64,000 bases of DNA from Candidatus Brocadiia bacterium (lineage in GTDB: Bacteria > Planctomycetota > Uabimicrobiia > Uabimicrobiales > JABWCH01): NCBI GenBank assembly GCA_013359215.1, contig JABWCH010000001.1, forward strand, positions 7,528 through 71,527, given 5' to 3'. The number at the start of each line of letters is the position of its first letter. Position 1 is the stretch's first letter. This document shows positions 48,501 to 55,411 of the stretch, one piece after another. The position numbers and the translations under genes are program-made. The notes under the pieces are model-generated. The model did no database searches and was not told where the DNA came from. It worked only from the letters and a program-made list of their open reading frames with translations.

Positions 48501-51500
48501 GCCGATTTCTTGGGGAGTTCAGAAGCAAGTTTTTTCCATTCTTCCTGCCATAGATTCTTGAGAAGATTTTCCAAACCCTGAGTATCTTGCTTTGCTTCTT
48601 GCAGCCACATTTTGATGGAAAGTAAAGAATCCAATCGCTGATTCCATCCGACTAAGTCTGTGGCAAGTTCCAGACGTATGTGCCAATTTAATCCAGTTGC
48701 CCAGTTTTGAAACCAGCTGTCTCTTATAGTATTCTTGCTTTTCTGACTATAGTCTTTTATTTTTCCCTTCTTTTCTAAAGAAAGCCCGTATTCCATGAGA
48801 GCAACTTTTTCTAAATCCCAGAAAATTTCCAACCGCTTTGTGTATTCTTCATTTTTAGAGAAAACCAAAGCAATATCTTTACTTAAAGCATTTCCTTCTA
48901 TCTCATAAAATTTACTTTCTATTTCAGCAAAAGGAGCATAGCAAATTTCACTATATTTTTCACCATATACACTTTGAAGTGCTTCCGCACTTGCTAAAAA
49001 GTAAGCTACAGCCTCTTTTTGCTCTGGGTGAGTGCTTAGAAGCGAAACGCCTTGTTTGAGATACTCTTCTAATAGAACGTTTTTCGGACTATCCACATTC
49101 TCTTTTTCCAGGGATTTCACAATTTGTTTTTGATAGAACTCCCAAACCTGGTCAAAAAGAGAACCTTTTTTGAGGTCTTCTATTTTCAGATGCGATTGAA
49201 GATAGCTTAGAAGAAGTTTTTTCCCCTCTTCCTCGAACAAATTTTGCAGGAGTTTTTCAAAAGCATGAGTATCTTGCATACCCTTTTTTATCGAAAGGAA
49301 GACAGCAAAGGTTTGTTTCCATTGTGTTAAGCCAGAACCGAGCTGCAACTTCATCTGATTCCTTAGTGCTATTGCCCAGGATTTAAACCAATTGTTTCTT
49401 ATAACAATTTTATCTTCCTGGCTATCGCTTTTTATCTTATCCTTTTTTTCTAAAGAAAGCCCGTATTCAATGAGGCGCACTTTTTCTAAATCCCAAAATC
49501 GCTGTAATCTCTTCATGTACTCGTCCGTTTTAGAAAAAGCTGAAGCAATATCCTTTGTTAAGGAAACTCCTTCTGTTTCATAAAATGCAGTTTCTATGGT
49601 TGCAAAAGGACTATAGATTTCCTTGTATTTTTCCCCATATAGCCCTTGAAGTGCTTCTGCGCTCGCCAAAAAATAGGATACAGCCTCTTTTTGCTCTGGG
49701 TGAGAACTGAGTAGCGAAACACCTTTCTTTAAGTACTTTTCTAACAATGTATTTTTAGGTGTGTCAACCTTTTCTCTTTCCAAAGAAGTCACAACTTGTT
49801 TTTGGTAGAAATTCCAAACCTGATCAAAAGAAGAACCCTTTTTAAGGTCGTCTATCTTCAAATGATCTTGAATATAGATTATAAGAAATCTTTTCCCCTC
49901 TTCCTCAAATAAATCCTGGAGGAGATTTTCAATATCCTTGCTGCCTGGCATAGAGTTTTTTATCGCAATTAAGGAAGCATAAGTTGGCTTCCAATGCACA
50001 AGGTCTGTATTAAACTGCGAACGCAGATGATTCCTTAGTGCCTCTTTCCAGTCTCCAAACCATTCACTTCTTATGGTGCTTTTTTGTTCTGAGCTATATT
50101 GTTTTAGTATATCTTGCTTTTCTAAAGAAAGCCCATATTGTGAAAGACGGACTTTTTCTATATTCCAAAAAGCTTGTAAGCGTTTTGCATATTCTTCATT
50201 TTTAGAAAAAAGCAAACCCAAATCGCTCTTTAAAACACTTCCTTCGCTTTTATAAAAGGCACTCTCTAGTTTGACAAAATGAGGATAGCAAATTTCATTA
50301 TATGTCTGACTTTTCGTTATTTCTTTAGAGTAAACATCTTCCAATAATAAGCGGTTACATTGGATCAATTGATTTTGGCTATGATTTTGTTTCAATAATA
50401 GTCGTTTCGATTCTACGGACAATTGTATATTTGCAAATTTCTTTTCTTCATAAATATTTCCAGCCCGAATAATCTCGTTCATTGCCTTTACTAAAGCTTC
50501 TTCTTCTATTTCCTCATTATTGGTCAATTTTTGTTGTATTTCAGCGGGTAATTTACCTTTTATCCATAAACAAAGCGAATCATCAGGCTTTTTAAGGCTG
50601 GCAACGAGCAAGCTTCCCTTTTCTTTAAAATCGCCCACATTAAATAGTAAAGAGCGATATTTTATGCCGTATATATTTTGAAGCGTTTCTACTGCTGTTA
50701 AAAAATAGGATATAGCATCTTTTTGCTCTGGTTGAGAGCTGAGTAAGTCGACTCCTTTTTTCAGATAAACTTCTAATACATCATTTTTAGATGTATCGAA
50801 TATTTCTTTTTCCAGATATTTTATGACCTGTTTTTGATAGAATTCCCATGCCTCCGCAAATTGAGAACCTTTTTTAAGATCGTCTATTTTAAGGTGTTGT
50901 TCAATATATCTTATAAGATTGCTTTCCATACACACTAGAATAGTCTTCAAAAAACCTTTCCATAATGCAAAAAATTCGCTTGGTGAAAACTTTTCGCTCT
51001 TTTCTAAATCGTGAAGGCTTTTTAAAATTTTGCTGGCTTCTGTTGCTTCTTTTTGGCCTGACGCTTCCAGAATAATAAGCCCTAAAAAATTTCTCAATCC
51101 TTGTATTCTTTCCTGCAAACCTGCAACAGTTGAAAGTTTTTCCATCTGAAGAGCTATATCAGGCCAGAGATAATGATAATAAAAAGGTGGCTTCATTTTG
51201 GCCAGCAGGCTATAATCATTCTTTTGTGATGTAAAAGAAATCTTTTCAACCTCTTGATGCGTTTCATACAAGGGATACAGAACGATCCCTGCCACTATAG
51301 TAAAAAAGAACAATACCATCGCAGCAAACTGAGATGCTTTAATCATCTTGCTTCTATAGCCTGAAACAAGCTTTTTTTCGTCCAGCCAGCGAGCTACCTG
51401 ATAGAACATGGCATGTATACCACGAGGCTGTAGTGGCTTTTTAGGAATATTAACTAAAGTTTCTTTTCCTGTCATGGGATCTGTCTCCACGACCTTCTCC

Positions 51501-52585
51501 ACTGCTCCTACTGCCGATGTAAAAAAAACGTCCAGATTCATGGTAATCTTGCGAAGCTTGAGGACAATCTCTTCCATTTGGTTCATGATCATTTCAACCG
51601 ATTTGCCCCACTCTGGGTTATAGTAGGCATTTTTAGGATCAAAGTAAGGGGCTATTGTCCTGGCAACCAAAACTGGATAGGGTAGCCCTAAAAAGATATC
51701 TTTTCCTCTAAAGATTTGGTAGGCTTCTTGCAAAGCATGGGGAGGCCATCGTTTTTTACCGTATTTTTTATAGACAGCCTCTACATGGCGATTAAAGCCA
51801 GGGATCTCGTCTGCTTTTGTTATGTTTAAACCAAAATTGATCTTTTCCAAAGGCGCATTGCTGTCCTTGATTGCCTGCAAAATAGAATGGAATGCATTCA
51901 AAGCATCTGTTTTGCAGGGATAATGAGGAATCAGCCCTGGAATAGAAAAAGGGTCCAAGAGATATAAAACAACATCGCTTGTGGCAAAAAAATTGAAAAT
52001 TTCAGAAATAGCCTGCAATTTTTTTTCACCCTGAAGCCCATCCAGATTAGCCCAGGCACCCTTAAAGTCTTTTGTTATGATCGAGTTTGAATCACAATTT
52101 CCATTTTCATCAATGCAGTGCAATTCAAATCGCAAATCTGTTGTAAACTCCGTACCTGATATAAATTGAGGTTTTTCGCCATTGAGAGTAGCAAATGCCC
52201 GTTTCAGATATTCGATCTGCTCTAACAAGGCAGCCAGATTGTTTTCTTGAATCTTCTCTTCTCTCGTAGCCAGACTATTCTTAGTTGTTGAAACTATAGC
52301 TAAAGAAGTGGATGGAGAATCGGCCTTGTCATCGCTCTTTTTTTCTTTGACTTCCTCTTTTTGCTCACTCTTTTTTGCTTTATCTTCTTGTCCTGCTTCT
52401 TTACTAATATGCAGGCGATCTACAAGCCTTATGCCATTGTATTCTCCCATAGTAGCCATTTGTGGATAGGCTGCTCCCCAATATTTGATAACGGAAAATT
52501 GGACAGTCTTCCCCATTCCAGTAATTCCAATTACACCAAGTCTAAACTCTTTCTTGTCTTTCATAAATCTACTTATCCTTTCCAA
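45554..52585 (-). CDS. Giant (2343 aa) protein: N-terminal TRAFAC-type GTPase, TM helix, three ~224-aa tandem repeats, long helical region, C-terminal beta-rich domain
   Basis: G1 is VIGITGMGKT, G3 is KDFKG, G4 is ITKAD and G5 is FFTSAVG. The TM helix is ASQFAAMVLFFFTIVAGIVLYPLY (DNA about 51270-51340). The ORF is continuous over 7 kb. Confidence 0.75.
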   Translation of the reverse strand: MERISRFMKDKKEFRLGVIGITGMGKTVQFSVIKYWGAAYPQMATMGEYNGIRLVDRLHISKEAGQEDKAKKSEQKEEVKEKKSDDKADSPSTSLAIVSTTKNSLATREEKIQENNLAALLEQIEYLKRAFATLNGEKPQFISGTEFTTDLRFELHCIDENGNCDSNSIITKDFKGAWANLDGLQGEKKLQAISEIFNFFATSDVVLYLLDPFSIPGLIPHYPCKTDALNAFHSILQAIKDSNAPLEKINFGLNITKADEIPGFNRHVEAVYKKYGKKRWPPHALQEAYQIFRGKDIFLGLPYPVLVARTIAPYFDPKNAYYNPEWGKSVEMIMNQMEEIVLKLRKITMNLDVFFTSAVGAVEKVVETDPMTGKETLVNIPKKPLQPRGIHAMFYQVARWLDEKKLVSGYRSKMIKASQFAAMVLFFFTIVAGIVLYPLYETHQEVEKISFTSQKNDYSLLAKMKPPFYYHYLWPDIALQMEKLSTVAGLQERIQGLRNFLGLIILEASGQKEATEASKILKSLHDLEKSEKFSPSEFFALWKGFLKTILVCMESNLIRYIEQHLKIDDLKKGSQFAEAWEFYQKQVIKYLEKEIFDTSKNDVLEVYLKKGVDLLSSQPEQKDAISYFLTAVETLQNIYGIKYRSLLFNVGDFKEKGSLLVASLKKPDDSLCLWIKGKLPAEIQQKLTNNEEIEEEALVKAMNEIIRAGNIYEEKKFANIQLSVESKRLLLKQNHSQNQLIQCNRLLLEDVYSKEITKSQTYNEICYPHFVKLESAFYKSEGSVLKSDLGLLFSKNEEYAKRLQAFWNIEKVRLSQYGLSLEKQDILKQYSSEQKSTIRSEWFGDWKEALRNHLRSQFNTDLVHWKPTYASLIAIKNSMPGSKDIENLLQDLFEEEGKRFLIIYIQDHLKIDDLKKGSSFDQVWNFYQKQVVTSLEREKVDTPKNTLLEKYLKKGVSLLSSHPEQKEAVSYFLASAEALQGLYGEKYKEIYSPFATIETAFYETEGVSLTKDIASAFSKTDEYMKRLQRFWDLEKVRLIEYGLSLEKKDKIKSDSQEDKIVIRNNWFKSWAIALRNQMKLQLGSGLTQWKQTFAVFLSIKKGMQDTHAFEKLLQNLFEEEGKKLLLSYLQSHLKIEDLKKGSLFDQVWEFYQKQIVKSLEKENVDSPKNVLLEEYLKQGVSLLSTHPEQKEAVAYFLASAEALQSVYGEKYSEICYAPFAEIESKFYEIEGNALSKDIALVFSKNEEYTKRLEIFWDLEKVALMEYGLSLEKKGKIKDYSQKSKNTIRDSWFQNWATGLNWHIRLELATDLVGWNQRLDSLLSIKMWLQEAKQDTQGLENLLKNLWQEEWKKLASELPKKSALQRFKEMQELRKKIQLIILNKEIYEKELLCYEILAKDIYEKLDSLNNRNAMLINFSFECEKNFDFKGLGPDLAITQDSSERRKITLDTSIDGDLGKLEKNIIAGNMTYLENIEKEYLDFQNIIQEMPRLESKDIDSEVKAQIAFYKKSQEFYKSCIQNFRNSGILDKIKTWTNNNQLNPEDRKRILQEMQAMSKDVERFGYLKPLINHIFMLLETGEQKMLVESTFKAIESNWTSFRQEKAPLDRKITELDSLFSKTMQMALALWPKTEQGNQELNSYGKEISAKGIALCRQKYQENWSKMVSSYFLDYTMSSTNPILGFAENNSKESFESFKKHSKKAWTSYLEMLGTKTPPSMAAFPENALKKAWMPSLDTPRKNILDMCQFYLNLSLQDIEAERTFEKLDSLVSSISSKTFSLGNIHIHQRMNEIVLYFYMQFEKETLYSYKANNRIAEGNRQLEKNIFPLEGEKIKKAAGIIKESLEIFLKNEQEWNEFYKEYLNQNKQFVKIEEALDKQQKDLNDDLHITEGLYTLQPVYNSTIKDVEATLASYNQERVVLSQSVYPVDEKLRSAGALDAKIVASKESIEKKLQQWQTDLSPHAVRLERMDNQGKDIEKACNNDVEHLQRIINDRLQALNPVHLQDLKDEFEGLSKRLSSKQYREKTRELLAKKGIIKQKKGEIDKILQDMRVKQNQAVVLQQDLSQFIQLCTQTKQGLLDSLAQTAAKVTEEKNRLANATREYFTIFGNGFNSIENLKSTMLQPGYETDIAPYIQNLRGEKEKLEQNQIRAESAKISKDTIGQFQNHARDIQEKLGLPHDSWKEVSQNFHSEITALTAAKESYDQECFQWSQRLQNFQKEFGQTYKIRLVVRVSHDFVVRWATEHTWKTGIWPFRRTHHETRNHQRPANIDVKVKGNKRPEEEVELEWNMSSHSAGNSIPVVLVCELPQHNESFSITNFWKLVKGSHFSIPKQATYNFTVSSSIR
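48520..50910. repeat. Three ~675-bp in-frame tandem repeats inside the 2343-aa gene (first copy carries a ~340-bp insertion)
   Basis: The unit starts HLKI(D/E)DLKKGS.F..(A/V)W.FYQKQ lie at about 50898, 49866 and 49194. The conserved blocks include SLLS.HPEQKEAV.YFLASAEALQ..YGEKY and RL..FWDLEKV.L.EYGLSLEKK. Confidence 0.85.
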
Positions 52586-53657
52586 TGATTGGATTACTCA
52601 TCTCAGATTCTGAGAAGATGGACATAGTTTTTGTCGTGTCACGCAATTTCGCCATCCCTGCCTTTTGATATTGCCATGCTGCTTCTAAAATAGCACATAC
52701 TAACAGGAAAATGGTTATCAAAAGCAACACCGATAAAGAAAGGGAATGATTAAAACGAAAGTGGATTTTTTTCCATAGTCTGGGAATAAAGCTTATCACC
52801 CGTTTAAAAAAATAGCTCTCATGGCACTCTATAAGCTTTTTCTCTATGCTGTCCTCGATAATTTTTTTCAATAAAGGCGATTTTTGGACAAACCAGTATT
52901 CTTTTTTGAGAATCCTGCCTGATGAAAACATAGACTTGATGTATATATCTTGAGGATTCCAGGCATTAGACAATTTACTCCCATAGAAAAAAAACCAAAA
53001 AAAAGGATCTTTTTCACTTCCCCCTTCTTCTGGATTTTCTAAATCCATGTATTGCGTTGGAGAAACATGTAAGAGTTCCAGGCTAGGAGAAAGAAGATTC
53101 CAAAGCTTTTGGATTAAAAAAAACTGCACTTGTGCTATATTTTCTGGATTAGCAAATTTTATACGGCCAGATTCTAATGAGCCTCTCTTCATAAGAGTGG
53201 GCATCACGGAAAACAGGAGGTGGTTCTCTATCTTTTTGGGCAATGGTTCTTCTTTAGAAGAAGAGCAGATCACCTCTGTTTGGTCCGTTAAATAAATCCA
53301 TTGGAATTTTTCTGGTATCACCAATCTTCCATCTTTTGGAGAAACGACAATCTCTTCTTGTGTATTGCTAAACTTTAAGTCTGGCAAATCAAGAATGGTT
53401 GCGCTTTCCATAGTAGATGTTTTCCAACAATAGTAAAGTATCTCCCAATTTATAGCCCAGAAAGCATCTATACGAAAAAATTTTCCTTCTTTATTCCAGA
53501 TGCCTTGTTCCATAGTTTGTATCAGGGCATCCATAAGCCTGGGGTTATTCGCATGATCTTTTATACAAAAGATGGTGTCTTCAAAAGCCTTCTTGTATTG
53601 TACTACATCTAGCACAGGAAGGCTCAACTGGTGGAAAAGGGTATGAAATCTAAACAT
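52569..53657 (-). CDS. Unknown-function protein, C-terminal TM anchor; paralog of 23969-25048; overlaps the giant GTPase gene start by 17 nt
   Basis: See 23969-25048 for the shared blocks. The stop lies inside the first codons of the 2343-aa ORF, which suggests translational coupling. Confidence 0.6.
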   Translation of the reverse strand: MFRFHTLFHQLSLPVLDVVQYKKAFEDTIFCIKDHANNPRLMDALIQTMEQGIWNKEGKFFRIDAFWAINWEILYYCWKTSTMESATILDLPDLKFSNTQEEIVVSPKDGRLVIPEKFQWIYLTDQTEVICSSSKEEPLPKKIENHLLFSVMPTLMKRGSLESGRIKFANPENIAQVQFFLIQKLWNLLSPSLELLHVSPTQYMDLENPEEGGSEKDPFFWFFFYGSKLSNAWNPQDIYIKSMFSSGRILKKEYWFVQKSPLLKKIIEDSIEKKLIECHESYFFKRVISFIPRLWKKIHFRFNHSLSLSVLLLITIFLLVCAILEAAWQYQKAGMAKLRDTTKTMSIFSESEMSNPIIGKDK

Positions 53658-53745
53658 TCATTTTCTCCCTGTTAATATTATTTAAAGAAAGAATCCTATT
53701 CTCTATAACCTATATCCGATGGAAAAGGAAAAAAAGTTTCGACAT

Positions 53746-53802
53746 AAAAAAAAAGATGAAACAAAATCTGACTATGATGAAGAAAGCAGATTTTGTTTCA
53801 TC
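53746..53802 (-). terminator. Rho-independent terminator of the upstream (63.3->55.4 kb) operon
   Basis: A perfect 16-bp stem, gatgaaacaaaatctg (53755-53770) / cagattttgtttcatc (53787-53802), with a 16-nt loop. On the minus strand it is followed by a run of 9 T (53746-53754). Confidence 0.75.
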
Positions 53803-53814
53803 TCAAATCCAATA

Positions 53815-55399
53815 GGGTGCAATCCAGTTATTTCGGAAACTAAAATCAAGCGGCTCTCCTTACCAAATGTGAAATAGAGCTAGAATTTTGTCGAGAAAGA
53901 AAATTCATCATATATCTCCAACGATTGGCAAGGAAAAGTCCCCGAAGAAAAATAAGTTTTTCAACATTTTCTTCTTTCCAAAACGTACTTGGAGATTTAT
54001 AACGCAAATTTATCAGACGGCGGACAGCAGATTCAACAATTCCACTGCCACATGGAAGCTTGTGATCCTTGAGTACGGGATAGTTCATACGGTGTTCGTG
54101 TTTTTGAAAATATTTAAGAGCATCAAGAATATCTTTGCATCTGTGATGGCTGCGGGCTATGGATTTCACCTTGGCAATAATTCGATGAACCTTGCCATTT
54201 TTCAAAGATTTCTTTAGAGTGACAAAAAGGTTCTCTCGTTCTTTCTTTTTCCATATCTGTGGATAAATGAGCTGAACAAGCTTTGAAAGATGCTCGACTG
54301 CATGGTAGAAGTCAATAGTTTCATGAATTATCTCTTCTGGAACACCCAATTTTACAAGGGTATTTTTGGCTCGATTCCAAATCCATTCTGCTCCGTCAGC
54401 AATAAATAAAACCTCTTTTGCTTTTTCGATCTGCAACTCTTGTAGATATTGTGATAAAAGTTCAAAACATTCATCAGCTTTTTGCTCTCCAATTACTAAA
54501 TCATACACAGGAAGTTCGGTCTTTGAAATTTTTCCATTCTCGCCAATAACATGGATGACAAATAATTTAGGTTCCTTCCAAGGAGTATCAAATGGAGTCC
54601 TTTTTCTTTTATTTTTTTTGCTTTTATTTTTTTCTGGATTTTCTTCTCTGATTCGAGTTCGTCCTCCGTCAACACTTATTATTACACGTTTTCCTACCAA
54701 GTTTTCTCCAGGTTTCAGGGCTGCTTGAATTCGATTTGACATGCTTTTACTTCCCACAGCATAAGCAATATCTCGAACTCTTTTGTAGGTTGCTTCGATT
54801 TGTTGATGCTCCAAGACTTGTACAACAATTTCAAAAGAAGGGCAAAGCACAGAAAGTTGAGTTACTAATGAATAGTATGAGGGCGTAGCCTGCTTGATAC
54901 AACCCCAATAATAAAGAAGAAGGTGACATCCTGATCCATTCGGTCCACGTTTTTTCTTTCTTTTAGACTTGCTTTCCACCGCAAACCAGGAAAAAATTCG
55001 AATCGTATTTCCTGTTTTTAGTTGTATATCTACCTCTTCTTTACGCACCTCGCCGAGACCTTTTTTTTGTGCAATAGTCCTTGCTATATCTTCTAGCTCT
55101 TTTGATTTTGCTGCTTCTAGGATGAATACAAATGGCAAATTTTTATATAATTCCGTGATGGCTTTGTATAAATCTTCTTCAAAATCTAGAAGATTTCCCT
55201 GAAGCAAATAATTATAAATTTTAGAGGTGATTTCTTTGACTTTTTCTTCAAATTGGTCAATAATAGGAGGAATTAGTTCTAATAGCATCTTTCTTTCCTT
55301 TAATAAGGTTTTATTAACTAAAAGATGCTATTTTACTACTTCCTTCAGAAAGCAACACAAAAAAATCCAAATCACTTCCGAAATTATTGGATTGCGCCC
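53815..55399 (-). mobile_element. 1585-bp insertion sequence, ISKra4/ISLre2-like, with 24-bp terminal inverted repeats and 9-bp target-site duplication
   Basis: IRL is gggtgcaatccagttatttcggaa (53815-53838). The rc of IRR is gggcgcaatccaataatttcggaa (55376-55399); 21/24 positions match. The flanking direct repeat AATCCAATA lies at 53806-53814 and 55400-55408. Confidence 0.85.
53846..55288 (-). CDS. DDE transposase (ISKra4/ISLre2-like)
   Basis: 480 aa. The blocks ISVDGGRTRIRE, LFIADGAEWIWNRA and DFYHAVEHL match transposases of these families as I recall them. The family call is from memory of ISfinder traits (GGG ends, 9-bp DR, ~1.5 kb). Confidence 0.75.
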   Translation of the reverse strand: MLLELIPPIIDQFEEKVKEITSKIYNYLLQGNLLDFEEDLYKAITELYKNLPFVFILEAAKSKELEDIARTIAQKKGLGEVRKEEVDIQLKTGNTIRIFSWFAVESKSKRKKKRGPNGSGCHLLLYYWGCIKQATPSYYSLVTQLSVLCPSFEIVVQVLEHQQIEATYKRVRDIAYAVGSKSMSNRIQAALKPGENLVGKRVIISVDGGRTRIREENPEKNKSKKNKRKRTPFDTPWKEPKLFVIHVIGENGKISKTELPVYDLVIGEQKADECFELLSQYLQELQIEKAKEVLFIADGAEWIWNRAKNTLVKLGVPEEIIHETIDFYHAVEHLSKLVQLIYPQIWKKKERENLFVTLKKSLKNGKVHRIIAKVKSIARSHHRCKDILDALKYFQKHEHRMNYPVLKDHKLPCGSGIVESAVRRLINLRYKSPSTFWKEENVEKLIFLRGLFLANRWRYMMNFLSRQNSSSISHLVRRAA

Positions 55400-55411
55400 A
55401 ATCCAATATTG

